DNA of 64,000 nt, taken from positions 128,001-192,000 of the forward strand of contig CP147778.1 of the NCBI GenBank assembly GCA_037305845.1, in the 5' to 3' direction. The translations under genes were made by a program, and so were the position numbers. Source of the stretch: Candidatus Freyarchaeum deiterrae. Its GTDB lineage: Archaea; Asgardarchaeota; Jordiarchaeia; Jordiarchaeales; Jordiarchaeaceae. Below the pieces are notes generated by a model. That model had not been told where the DNA came from. It made no database searches and saw nothing but the letters and a program-made list of their open reading frames with translations. This document shows, in pieces, positions 19,573 through 29,822 of the stretch; position 1 is the first letter of the stretch; every line of letters begins with the position of its first letter.

Positions 19573-22500
19573 CTACTGATAGGTGAATAAGTTTTTATTG
19601 TATGGTACAATGGACGCTAGCTTTTCTCTCATTGGTGGGGGGGTTCCGAGCAGGTTCTCGGCGGTGTTTGTGACTATTATTTCTAAGGTGTTTTCGCCTT
19701 TTTGTACCAGTTCTGTTATGTCTATTCTGTATGGTGGCCATAGTTTTGGACTGGTTTCTTTTCCGTTAATTTTAGCTTTGAAGGCGTTTTTGAAACCGGA
19801 ACACTCTAGCATAAGTTTCTTTTCCAAGTATTTTTCATCTAGGGTGAATTTTTGTTTTAGGGTGATATCACCGCTGTAATTGGGAATTCCCATTTCGGTT
19901 TCTGTTTTTTCTTGGACTATAAATTTCGGTTCATCAATTTTATGATCTTTAATCGCAAAGTTTCCTACTAGCACTACTGGTTCTATACCGTGGGTGCTTG
20001 GGATTTTGTCTTTGAACGCGGGGTATCTGGTTTTAATGGTAATTTGATTTCCTCCTTTTTTCAAGTACTTCTTAATCTCCAAGGAACGGTTGCTTCGATC
20101 CCAGAGAAAACATTTTTGCGGTTCCTCCTCCACCTTGGATTTGTTGATGTAAACCTCAAACGGTTTTCCAAAATTCTCATAGACCAACTGAATCTGTTCG
20201 GGAACGTGTTTCATTTCAAACTCGGTGGTCATTTCGTAATCGCTCCCAAGGGGGATAAGCTCTACAGAAAGACCCGCTCCACTCTCCCTTGTCTTCGCCT
20301 CTATAATGTCCAAAACTTCGTAAAAACTGTATTCTTTCATATTAATGCCGAGGAGTTTGGTGACTACGGGAATCTGAGAAAACAATTCGTCTACTGGTCT
20401 ATATCGGCTGACCATTACCGGTTTTTGACCATTTTTCTTTTCATCTTTCTCGGCAGATTCAGAGCCTTCTCCGACTCTTATTCTCCACGGTTCTAAAACC
20501 ATGTAGTTAGTCGGAATTTCCACACTCCACTTCGATATGGTTATTGGTTCGAGAAGTGCCTGCGGTTCCGTTGCCAGTTTACGTCCCTCAAACATGGCTT
20601 TGGGTTCGGAAATTCTTGAATACCCCGTAATTTTTTGTGCGGTTTCATAAATTCCAGTAATGTTAACGTTAGATGAAGTTAAATGCTTGTTTTCTTTACT
20701 CTTTTTCACAACAAAATAAACACCCTCATAGGGCTCAAAGAGGTACGGAATTATGGTTTTCCCCTCTTCTCTACGGTAAATGTATACCGGTGCTATTTCT
20801 CCTGTCTCTGGATCCCATTTCTCAAGTTTACCACTCGCGACGCTTAGAGTAACTTCCCCTTCAACTGTTCCCTCCGATAAATTAGCCACAAAATAAAACT
20901 CATCTCCTCGTATACTGCGGTGCAAATAGATTAGGTTTCGACTATTGGGAGAATTTATCCTTAGATCGCTATCGATTAGGTTGTTTAGTACCTCCTGAAG
21001 AATTTTTTCTAGTCCTTCACTATTCAAATCATCAGGCAGAGGAACGAAAACCGCCTGCCCTCCACCATTACTCTTATTGCTGCTTTTCTTTTTGTTCAAA
21101 GCCGCATCCGAGAAAATATCCTTAGTATCAGCTTCAATTTTGGGGTCATTCATTTTCGCATCGGAGTTGGTGGGAAGAAATCCGAGGCTGACCACGATTC
21201 CACCCTTCTCATAGAAGTCTTTTGCCAGTTTAATAACCTTGGCTGGTATCGTGGTCATTGGTGGGAGGATGAGAACACGGAACTTCTCATCAGCCACTCT
21301 TAGATAGTTGCCATCTATGCTTAGCAAGTTATCAAGAACCTCATCCTCAAAAAGAATATCGTAATCTCTTTGAATTCTCAGAAGCGCAGTGCTAATCATT
21401 CCAAAATATTTCACAATTTTTTCAAAAACCTCGGTTTCTGCTCTTAGAGTGTACTCCGCCCACAACGATCTGACTGGGCAAAGTAGCAACACGTCAGCAA
21501 TGTGTGTTCCCGAACTGTTGAGGTAGCTAAGGCGTGAAATATAATTTGAGAACGCCGCGTAGTACTTCCACCAGGGTTCTTGGACAAAATGAGATGTTGG
21601 AAAATCCCTTTTACGAAGACCTTTGAGTGAGAGGTGCGCCGCGTGATGGTTCATGAAGTTAACGCCAGTAGCCTGCAGATAGTTCACCAGATTCTTGAGG
21701 GACATTAGTGTGACACCCCAGCCGCCACCACCACCATACTCACAAAGCACCAACCTTTTTCCATTAGCGTGCGCGATACTACTCACTATTTTCGAAGCCA
21801 AGACCGGAGCCTTAAGCAGAGGAATTTCATCGTAACCAGTTTTACAGCCCAACCAGTCCAGCCCTGGCATATCCATCTCTTTTAGTGCAGTGTAAACATT
21901 ACCATGGTAGCATGGAAGCGTTTCCATTTCTTCCTCCATAAACAGATGCCCAGTGAACTTCAAACGGTTCTCTTTGCACCACTTTCCAATTTGTCCATAA
22001 AACGCCTCGGAGAACAATTCGGATACCATACCAAAATAATCGCAGCGGGTCTTAACATAGTCACCCACATTAAAAGCCAACTCATGTATTTTTTCCTCTA
22101 AACTGTAACCCTTTCTCTTACTGAACTCCTCCAAGAAATTTCTCGTCCACGGTAATCCTCGGTAATTAGCTGGCTCATCGGTAAATATACCAGGTATTAA
22201 ATCTCCAAAATCTTTTCCGAAACGTTTCTTGTACTCTTCATGTGTACAATTAATAAAACACTTAACAGCATCCTTGTTCAAAAGATCAAGGTAGCCTCCC
22301 TCATTCTTTGCCCAAGAGGCACAGGTGCTGGAAAAGAAAGTGTCGGAGTTAGTTCTCTCGGTGAAAACTGCTACATCCCAGTTGCCCAGCTCGGGCTGAA
22401 ATTCCAAAAGGGAGCCGGAAATTTTATCCTTTAAAGAAATAACTTTATTCCTGGACTCGCTTATCGCTACTGCTGTTATAGGCTTACCTTGTACAGTGAT

Positions 22501-22884
22501 TTTAACCGTTTTCCCCATTTCCGCCTTTTCATGCTTGGTATCAAGATAAATCTCAGAGTACTCTGGGTGTTCGCGTAGAATCTTTCCACCTGCAACACCG
22601 CTTGGCCAGTTGTACTCATCATACAGCCAAGCCTTTAATCCATACTTTCTACAGGAGTCTATACAATAAGCAATTTTATCCCAGAAACTTTGAGTTAGGT
22701 ACTCAACATCCATGCCGGTTCGGGGATGCAAAAAAACTCCGGAGTGACGCTTTTCGCTTAACTCTTGGAGAAACCAGTCTATCTCCTCTCCGGGAAGGTC
22801 GTTGTTCAGAAACCAGAAAGGGGTAGGACCGTAATCCTTCAGGGGCTTCTGAAAATTCTCTTCAAGGAATTTTTCATTCTCCAT
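19573..22884 (-). CDS. Large glycoside hydrolase (GH106 / alpha-L-rhamnosidase-like)
   Basis: PFWFLN, LYDEYNWPSG, IFTDEP, MDMPGLD, WDPETG and C-terminal beta-sandwich (PPYRIDIT...GENTLEI.VTNT). Confidence 0.78.
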   Translation of the reverse strand: MENEKFLEENFQKPLKDYGPTPFWFLNNDLPGEEIDWFLQELSEKRHSGVFLHPRTGMDVEYLTQSFWDKIAYCIDSCRKYGLKAWLYDEYNWPSGVAGGKILREHPEYSEIYLDTKHEKAEMGKTVKITVQGKPITAVAISESRNKVISLKDKISGSLLEFQPELGNWDVAVFTERTNSDTFFSSTCASWAKNEGGYLDLLNKDAVKCFINCTHEEYKKRFGKDFGDLIPGIFTDEPANYRGLPWTRNFLEEFSKRKGYSLEEKIHELAFNVGDYVKTRCDYFGMVSELFSEAFYGQIGKWCKENRLKFTGHLFMEEEMETLPCYHGNVYTALKEMDMPGLDWLGCKTGYDEIPLLKAPVLASKIVSSIAHANGKRLVLCEYGGGGGWGVTLMSLKNLVNYLQATGVNFMNHHAAHLSLKGLRKRDFPTSHFVQEPWWKYYAAFSNYISRLSYLNSSGTHIADVLLLCPVRSLWAEYTLRAETEVFEKIVKYFGMISTALLRIQRDYDILFEDEVLDNLLSIDGNYLRVADEKFRVLILPPMTTIPAKVIKLAKDFYEKGGIVVSLGFLPTNSDAKMNDPKIEADTKDIFSDAALNKKKSSNKSNGGGQAVFVPLPDDLNSEGLEKILQEVLNNLIDSDLRINSPNSRNLIYLHRSIRGDEFYFVANLSEGTVEGEVTLSVASGKLEKWDPETGEIAPVYIYRREEGKTIIPYLFEPYEGVYFVVKKSKENKHLTSSNVNITGIYETAQKITGYSRISEPKAMFEGRKLATEPQALLEPITISKWSVEIPTNYMVLEPWRIRVGEGSESAEKDEKKNGQKPVMVSRYRPVDELFSQIPVVTKLLGINMKEYSFYEVLDIIEAKTRESGAGLSVELIPLGSDYEMTTEFEMKHVPEQIQLVYENFGKPFEVYINKSKVEEEPQKCFLWDRSNRSLEIKKYLKKGGNQITIKTRYPAFKDKIPSTHGIEPVVLVGNFAIKDHKIDEPKFIVQEKTETEMGIPNYSGDITLKQKFTLDEKYLEKKLMLECSGFKNAFKAKINGKETSPKLWPPYRIDITELVQKGENTLEIIVTNTAENLLGTPPPMREKLASIVPYNKNLFTYQ

Positions 22885-23711
22885 GACGTCTCCCGTAATT
22901 AAAAGTCGTTAATAATTAATAAATATATCACAACAAATGTTCTCATACTAACATCCCTTATACTCTAAGGAATTATAACAGATTTACCTATTTTTTTATA
23001 AGATAGATTTAAAAATTGGCATTAATTTTAGAGTAAATCTTTACCCAAAAGCTAATTATCTGAATAAAAAATTCTAGAAAAAATTTCATTGATATAAACG
23101 TTTTAATGAGGAGTTTTATTGATTAGAATATAAAAGATGGAATAATATGTAGTTCACTTGAGATACATTAGGTAACGAGAAAATTTTGGAAATAGCAACA
23201 TTTATGGGAAGCTTCAACGGGATAAAAAAATAATTAATGCGAAAAGACAAGCGTCTGAATATTATCAGAATAAGGAGTACGAAAGCATGAAAAAAGTAGT
23301 ACTGTGGGAGAAAGAAGACGGAATTGCAACCATAACACTGAATAGACCAGAATCCCTAAACGCGATAAACAGGGAGTTAACTGACCAGTTCTACGACACC
23401 CTAACCGAAATTGACCGTGACTGGGACGTGCATGTGGTTATTCTTAAGGGAGCGGGTAGAGCTTTCTGTACCGGGGCGGATCTCAAAATGATTTCAAATA
23501 TTTTAGAGAAGGGAGCGGATTATATTTACGAAACAATGTTTAAGGTTCAACAGGTTAATTTTCTTCTCAAAACGCTGAGACCCCCAGTAATAGCGGCAAT
23601 GCACAAATACGCCCTAGGAGGAGGCTACGAGTTCGCCGCTTCCTGCGACTTCAGATTCTGCACCGAGGATACTATAATGGGTCCCATAGAAATAGAAGTA
23701 GGATTGCTTCC

Positions 23712-24224
23712 GTTTCTGGAAATGTGTATATTTCTATACGGCGTTTCCATTCGGAGCGTTGGCCGTCTCAGTCCAACCCGCTCTGGCGACATCAGGCTTG
23801 TCACCAGCGTACAGGTATTCCTCCTTCAGCGTCGGCCAAGAGGCGTCCGCACTCACGGTAAACGGGTAGCCGCACAGACGCAGACCGCCCCGGAGTATCG
23901 CCAGACTGGCGAGCCTGTCCCGGTGGTAGTCCACGCCACAGGTTTTTTCGCATCTGCTTATCACCCACGCTGGGTGCTTCAGGTTTTCACCGCAGACGGG
24001 ACATCGGGAGGAAGTCCCCCGTGGGTTCACGTAAAGAATCCAATGTGAAGACTAAAAGTCATAGTATGAATTTAAGTTTAATCTGGAAAAAGTGGTCGTT
24101 TAAAGTTACATGTGTAAGGGTTTTCTTCTCTCTCTTGCTCTTTTGATGCTTCTACTTGCGTCGAGGACTTCTGCATTACAGGAAAATATATGTTTATACA
24201 CTTTTCCCTCAACAGTTACACGCC
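23712..24224 (-). mobile_element. Non-autonomous IS607-like (tnpB-derived) element
   Basis: Carries the tnpB 3' end; CC (GG on minus strand) at both junctions (23710-11, 24223-24); subterminal inverted repeat ggaaatgtgtata / tatacacttttcc; no transposase. Confidence 0.8.
23734..24030 (-). pseudogene. tnpB: TnpB C-terminal fragment (Zn ribbon plus RuvC-III)
   Basis: VNPRGTSSRCPVCG...CEKTCG..YHRDRLASLAI is the canonical TnpB C-terminus; RuvC-I/II absent. Confidence 0.88.
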
Positions 24225-24805
24225 CTTTTTCACCGGTATGACTATTATGCCCCGAATTTTGGGGTCCCAGATAGCGAAGAAAACAATCCTAACTGGTGAT
24301 AGATTCGACGCTCGGTACGCTAAGGAGATAGGGTTCGTCTTAGATGTAGTTCCGGAAGAAAAATTAATGGATGTGGTTACTGAGTTTGCGAAGAAACTGA
24401 ATAGCAGGAATTCGCTTCTGCTCTCTTTGGGGAAAATGATTATTAATAGAGCATTAGCTTCAAATATCTCCTCAAACCTCAAAGTTGAGGCGGAGATAAT
24501 AAGAATGTTTTCCTACGGAAAGTTTACACAGGAAAACGTTAAGATACTTTTAGAAAAGACCAGAAAGGAGTTATGAAAATCAAAGTAAGTCAAGTTCTTG
24601 GGTGTATCAAAGCACATCAAAAGCAACAAGATTACCGCAAAGCAGTTTCATAAATATCTCTCAAACTCTAACAGCCATTTGGACCTCAACCAAAACCTTA
24701 TCGCTAAACTTTTTTAGAAAAAGATTAATGAAAACAAAATATCAGCTAAAGAGAAGAGTTTCTCAATAGCCATAATTATTCAACATTAGTGATTAATTTA
24801 AACAT

Positions 24806-24870
24806 AAAAAAAGGATGTGTAAAGAGCGCAGCTTGGTCTCGGACTAAAAATAACCGAGTCGAGTGGCTGC
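24806..24870 (-). terminator. Hairpin plus U-tract downstream of sod
   Basis: gcagc/gctgc and ctcgg/ccgag stems, followed on the minus strand by a T7 run. Confidence 0.45.
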
Positions 24871-24881
24871 AACTTAATTCT

Positions 24882-25508
24882 CTACTTGCCTACGATATCC
24901 GCAAATCTTTTGGTCACTGTAGCCCAGTTGACAATGTTCCAGAACGATTCAAGGAACTTGCCTCTATCGTTCTTGTAGTCAATGTAGTATGCGTGTTCGA
25001 AGACATCGACCACCATTACGATTCTGAACGTAGGGATAACATTGGTGTTGTGTTTCTCAAGCTGCATTATTATCGGTCTCTTGGTCTGCATGCAGTAGGC
25101 CAGCGCCGCCCATCCTGAGCCTTCTACGCTGGAAGCGGCTTGAGTGAATTCTTTCTTGAACCTGTCGAAGCTTCCGAACTCTTCGTTCAGGGCGTTTGCA
25201 AGAGGTGCGCCTGGTTTGCCGCTTTTGGCCGCGGGCGCTAGGTTATCCCAGAAGTACGAGTGCATTATATGTCCTCCAACATTCCAAGACAGCTCCTTGC
25301 ATGTAGCTTTCATGTCTACGTCGGCATTGTCTTTTCGGGCTTTGTCAAGTTTTTCAAGTAATGCGTTTGCACCATTAACATACGCTTGATGGTGCTTTGT
25401 ATGATGTAACGTCAATTGTGCCTCAGACATTTGAGGTTCAAGATCCTTATATCCGTAGGGCAATTTTGGCAAAGCATAAAACTTGGGCTTAGCCTCTTTA
25501 GAACTCAT
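24882..25508 (-). CDS. sod: Fe/Mn superoxide dismutase
   Basis: [29 protein letters not shown] metal ligands; GGAGG SD. Confidence 0.96.
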   Translation of the reverse strand: MSSKEAKPKFYALPKLPYGYKDLEPQMSEAQLTLHHTKHHQAYVNGANALLEKLDKARKDNADVDMKATCKELSWNVGGHIMHSYFWDNLAPAAKSGKPGAPLANALNEEFGSFDRFKKEFTQAASSVEGSGWAALAYCMQTKRPIIMQLEKHNTNVIPTFRIVMVVDVFEHAYYIDYKNDRGKFLESFWNIVNWATVTKRFADIVGK

Positions 25509-25715
25509 ATATAATAACCTCCTTTTATATTCCCATTAACCCTTGAATCTATCTTTTTTTGAGGAATTTTCTCTAAAAATCCCTCCGACAGATTCTATAC
25601 CTCCTCTTTGGAATTGGGTATCCCTTTATCCTCAATCAAAGCAAATTTAGGGATATACATTTATTAGTAAATAGTTAGCTTATAAATTTAATTGGAGTAC
25701 TTTTAAAAATTTATT

Positions 25716-28220
25716 TTACATGCCGAATTTTCTTACTAAGAAAACTTTGACAGGATCATTTACTAGTAAGCAGGATGCGAGTGGGAAGGCTAGAGCTACC
25801 AGAGTTCCGATAATGCCAATTGGAGCGAGTTCGTATAATCCTAAAATAGAAATTAGTGATACAACAATTACGTCGAGCAAAATAGAAACTGTAAGGGTTT
25901 TACTGGGCCTTGAGTTCCAGAAGTGCTTTCGCTCTCTTAGTATTATCACATTGAACAATCCAAAGAAAACCAGAAAATCCAAGACAAAAGTGTATAACTC
26001 ATTAGCATTGTTATATAATCCGAAATATTCTCCGAGGTAAAGTAATATCATGGACTCAATTATCATTAAAATGCCTAGGAAAATTGATAATTTAACGAAC
26101 GCGGTTACGTTCCATTTATCAGGTTTACTCGAATACCTAGCATTATCAGTTGAAATTGATATTGTAACAAAATCAACCAAAAATAGAAAGAGCACCATGC
26201 TAAATATCGATACCACGTACTTTCCTGTAAGAAGAAAAGCCAGAATTATGAAGATGGCTACTTGAAATGTTTTGACTATTTTATTTATTGTATAGGTGAC
26301 TATTCTCTGGTATATTTTCCTTCCATTTTTAACTGAATCCACTATGCCTTCCAGCCCTTCTGTAGTTAGAACCAGGCTGGCTGACTCTTTTGCTACATCG
26401 GTTGCGTTGCTTACAGCTATTCCCACCTCAGCCTGTTTTAAGGCGGGAGCATCGTTAACCCCATCACCAGTCATACCCACAATATGATTCCTTTTCTGTA
26501 GACTTTTAACAATATTGTACTTGTCTTCGGGATAAATTTCGGCGAACCCTTCACTCTGTTCTATAATCCGGGAGCGCTTATCTTCTTTTTTAATATCTTT
26601 AAGCTCCGACATTTTAGCTATATTATAGCCCAAGCCCAGTTGCTCAGCAACTTCCTTAGCTATCGGTTGAGCGTCACCAGTCAACATTTTTACGGAAACA
26701 CCTAGTTCTTTAAGCTCTCTTATAAGATTGGAAGAATCTGGCCTAGGTTTATCGTAAAGAGCTACAACTCCCACTAACCTGATATTGTCATTTGTGGATC
26801 CTTCGGCGACGGCTAGTACTCTGTAACCCTTAGCGGATAAGCTTTCCACATCTTTTGCAATCTTTGAACATTCTTCTTGACAGCTTTTTGATAGAGAGGC
26901 TATAGCGTTAATTGCGCCCTTCATCACAAGAAATTTTTGTCCATCTTTTTCTATCGTAGCTTCTGTTCTTCTGGTTGACGGATCGAAGGGAACAAAATTT
27001 TTCTGCGAGTAACTATCTAATGGAATTTTCATGTTTCTAGCTGCTGAAACAAAAGCCAAGTCTATGGGGTCCTGATTCGCCTCCTGAGAGGCTAGTGCAC
27101 CGTATAGTATTACATCTTCTTTTTTATAGTCTTCAAGGGCTTCAATGTCTGTTACCGAGAGCTTGTTCATAGTCATTGTACCGGTTTTGTCCACGCAGAG
27201 AACATCCATCGAAGCCGAGTCCTCGGTAGCACTCAATCTAGTAACCAGCACCCCCTTTCTTATGAGTTCCAAAGAGCCTAGCGCCATGCTTATAGTAAAC
27301 ATCGTCGGCAACGCAACGGGTACAGCCGACACTAGAAGAATAACGGCTAAGGGAAGTATTCCATAGAGGTTCGTGAGTTCCAAAGAGCCTAACGTCATGC
27401 TTATAATGAGCATAGTTGGCAACGTAACAGGTACAGTTGATACTAGAAGAAGCGTGGCTGAAAAAAGCGTTTCATAGAGATTCATACTTTGTAATATCGT
27501 GAAAGCTAGAGCGACTAAAAGTAGGATGCTTACCATTATAACAAGCCATCTTACCACTTTCAGAATGGCTTCTTCCATATGTGACTTGGGCTTCGCTATT
27601 TGGACCAGTTCTACAGTTCTTCCAAAGTAAGTTTTTGTGCCCGTCGAGGTAACAACTCCAGTGACTTCGCCTCTCTTAACCGTCGAGCCAGAAAAAAGCA
27701 CATCATCAACATTTTTTTCAACTGTGAGAGATTCTCCGGTCAGAGCGGACTGATCCACTTCCACATTACCTTCAGCCAACTTAACGTCGGCAGGAACAAA
27801 ATCACCCGCCCTCAATCTAACAACATCCCCGGGAACAAGCTCTCTAGCTGGAATCAAAATCCACTTACCATCCCTCTTCACTCTCGCAGTAATTCTCAGC
27901 TTTTGCTTGAGAAAATCGAGGGCGGAATTTGCTTTTTCCTCTTGAGCAAAGCTAATAATAGAATTAAAGATCAGGAGACCCAATATGATAATCGTCTCAG
28001 GATATTTTCCCAAGAGCCAGGTCAACACTATTGTTATCTCAAGCATCCAAGGAATAGGTCCCCAAAATTTTTTAACAACACGGGTAATTCGTCTAGTTTT
28101 AATTTCGGGAACCTCGTTGTACCCGTACTCACCTACCCTCTTTTGAACCTCTTTTGAACTCAATCCACTTTCCAAGTTCGTAGTGAACTGTTTTTGTGAT
28201 TTGTTATCGACTGTTTTCAT
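25716..28220 (-). CDS. P3A plasma-membrane-type H+-transporting P-type ATPase
   Basis: DQSALTGES, PVALP (TM4), DKTGT, KGA, TGD, GDGVNDAPALK, TM6 Asp in FLVDFVTISISTD. Confidence 0.92.
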   Translation of the reverse strand: MKTVDNKSQKQFTTNLESGLSSKEVQKRVGEYGYNEVPEIKTRRITRVVKKFWGPIPWMLEITIVLTWLLGKYPETIIILGLLIFNSIISFAQEEKANSALDFLKQKLRITARVKRDGKWILIPARELVPGDVVRLRAGDFVPADVKLAEGNVEVDQSALTGESLTVEKNVDDVLFSGSTVKRGEVTGVVTSTGTKTYFGRTVELVQIAKPKSHMEEAILKVVRWLVIMVSILLLVALAFTILQSMNLYETLFSATLLLVSTVPVTLPTMLIISMTLGSLELTNLYGILPLAVILLVSAVPVALPTMFTISMALGSLELIRKGVLVTRLSATEDSASMDVLCVDKTGTMTMNKLSVTDIEALEDYKKEDVILYGALASQEANQDPIDLAFVSAARNMKIPLDSYSQKNFVPFDPSTRRTEATIEKDGQKFLVMKGAINAIASLSKSCQEECSKIAKDVESLSAKGYRVLAVAEGSTNDNIRLVGVVALYDKPRPDSSNLIRELKELGVSVKMLTGDAQPIAKEVAEQLGLGYNIAKMSELKDIKKEDKRSRIIEQSEGFAEIYPEDKYNIVKSLQKRNHIVGMTGDGVNDAPALKQAEVGIAVSNATDVAKESASLVLTTEGLEGIVDSVKNGRKIYQRIVTYTINKIVKTFQVAIFIILAFLLTGKYVVSIFSMVLFLFLVDFVTISISTDNARYSSKPDKWNVTAFVKLSIFLGILMIIESMILLYLGEYFGLYNNANELYTFVLDFLVFFGLFNVIILRERKHFWNSRPSKTLTVSILLDVIVVSLISILGLYELAPIGIIGTLVALAFPLASCLLVNDPVKVFLVRKFGM
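27262..27483 (-). repeat. 111-bp in-frame tandem duplication of the ATPase TM4 segment
   Basis: tgagttccaaagagccta at 27263 and 27374; NLY...LLVS.VPV.LPTM..ISM.LGSLEL occurs twice. Confidence 0.92.
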
Positions 28221-28421
28221 TGAGACCCGCTCAAATTTTACTAGGCTTGACTTTTAAAGATTTTAGCCTGCAAACTTTATGATTTAATTCTAAAATAGTG
28301 GATTTAGCTGAGAAGTTATATTACTGTTTTCTCCCAGACACTAACTAAGTTACTGTTACCCTATTCCCATAATCCGAATTGAGGATATGTAAAGCCAGAA
28401 ATCGTTTTTAATATTTTCTCT
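28137..28421 (-). repeat. Diverged direct repeat copy A (ATPase 5' end and upstream DNA); copy B at 31224-31510
   Basis: Shared strings gaacctctttt.aactcaatcc, ttcgtagtgaa, ttttcattgagacccgctcaaa, aattgag.atat.taaag.caga, tattttctct. Confidence 0.85.
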
Positions 28422-28621
28422 ACTTAACCCAAGTTCAATAATTTTTCCACTCTTCCTACTGTTTACCCCTAGCCCAATAATAGAATCATGAGAAACCGGT
28501 GAAGTTGGAACCGGCATGAACGGACACCTGAAAACCATAAAGTCGAATTAACCACTCTCTATATTATTTGCTAAACGAATTTTACCAAAAAAAAGTAAAA
28601 AGCGTATTAGAAAAAGAGGTG

Positions 28622-28638
28622 ACTCCGCTAAGCGGAGT
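28622..28638. terminator. Perfect hairpin downstream of ABC permease
   Basis: actccgc-taa-gcggagt, with nearby T-runs on both strands. Confidence 0.45.
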
Positions 28639-28692
28639 TACTGTTTTTGAGATAGTTTTTCGTGAAACCAAGAGTGCGATATGGCGGTTCTC

Positions 28693-29799
28693 TTATTTTT
28701 GAGTTCTGAAAGAAACGATTGCTCCAAGTGCTACCATTACTACATCGAATCCACCTAATACAGCTAGGTCTACCCACATTGGATTAACCATGTTTCCGAG
28801 TAATAGTGCCTGGGCTATGTTGGCCGTGTTCATGAAACCGAATGATATCACTGTGTTGCCTAGTATAATTCCTTTTAATGCGTCGACGGCGTAACTTAAT
28901 GGGTTATAAAAGTTTAATATTTGGAACCAGGATGGAGTACCGTTTACCGGTAGTATTGTCCCAGGGAGTGATAACGAAAAAGGAGGAATTATAGCTGTAA
29001 GTGTGCTTTCAGTATGGATAAAGTATAGTAACTGGAACAAGGGGGTAATACCGGATATCGGTAGTATTTGGCTCCAAGCTTCCCAGGCTAGTATTACGAA
29101 CCATGATGGTGTAGGTGCTATCGGGAACACTGAGCCACTGGAAAAGAATAGAGGTAAGATAATCAAGTTCATTATAAAGCTGAATGCTTCAAAACTTTTT
29201 ATCCTCGAAGCAATAACTAAACTCATGCTCACGAAACCTATGGCCATTAATAGCATAACCCCTAAGCAGCCGAGGAAAGTACTAGGGGTCATGGGAACGG
29301 CGAATATGAAAGATAGTAATAGAACAATTACTCCCTGAAATACTACGTTAGTAGCTCCGCCAAGCATCTTGCCTGAGAACACCGAAATCCTTCTGATTGG
29401 CGCAATAAGCATTTCCTTCAAAAAGCCGAATTGTCGGTCAAATATTGACCCAACTCCAAAAAAGATAGACCCGAATATCATAGTCATCGCTACGATGCCT
29501 GGAAAGAGGAAGTCCAAGTAGTTGACGCTGCCTGACGAGGATAGGAAGCCCGCAAATCCTAAACCGAATAGTACCAGCCATATTAGAGGAGAAATAATAG
29601 TAATAATTATGCGCGCCCTGTCCCGTATGTATCTTTTAACTTCTCTCAGCCATACCGCGTATGTACCTCGCAGCTCAACACGTGTAGCAAATGTATCTTT
29701 TTCTCCTGCCTTCGCTTTTATTAATTCGTCTTCTTCTTCTTCTTCTTCTATTAATTCTACTTTTTCTTTCGTAACTTTGCTCTTTTTTTCTTTTGCCAT
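28693..29799 (-). CDS. ABC-2 type transporter permease
   Basis: AVWLREVKRYIRD, YLDFLFPGI, DRQFGFLKEMLIAP, SGSVFP, NPLSYAVDALK; alternative GTG start at 29820. Confidence 0.92.
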   Translation of the reverse strand: MAKEKKSKVTKEKVELIEEEEEEDELIKAKAGEKDTFATRVELRGTYAVWLREVKRYIRDRARIIITIISPLIWLVLFGLGFAGFLSSSGSVNYLDFLFPGIVAMTMIFGSIFFGVGSIFDRQFGFLKEMLIAPIRRISVFSGKMLGGATNVVFQGVIVLLLSFIFAVPMTPSTFLGCLGVMLLMAIGFVSMSLVIASRIKSFEAFSFIMNLIILPLFFSSGSVFPIAPTPSWFVILAWEAWSQILPISGITPLFQLLYFIHTESTLTAIIPPFSLSLPGTILPVNGTPSWFQILNFYNPLSYAVDALKGIILGNTVISFGFMNTANIAQALLLGNMVNPMWVDLAVLGGFDVVMVALGAIVSFRTQK

Positions 29800-29822
29800 T
29801 TTTATTTCGCCTTCTTTCACAT

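Larger units (their letters stand above)
23287..24576 (+). pseudogene. Enoyl-CoA hydratase/isomerase gene split by a 513-bp insertion
   Basis: N-half (LNRPESLNAI, FCTGADL, GGGYEF, EVGLLP) and C-half (FFTGMTIMPRILG, LTGDRFDA) are in the same frame; deleting 23712-24224 gives a 258-aa ORF. Confidence 0.9.

Noticed and set aside
23287-24048. 253-aa ORF as an intact hydratase and 24190-24576 as a separate gene
   Set aside because: The tail after GLLP is read-through into the element; the two ORFs are halves of one gene
23712-24224. Insertion as a self-splicing IStron or a bulge-helix-bulge intron
   Set aside because: tnpB is antisense to the host gene, no group I core was recognised, and I could not draw a convincing BHB at the junctions. 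The length is a multiple of 3 but there is an in-frame stop at 24048
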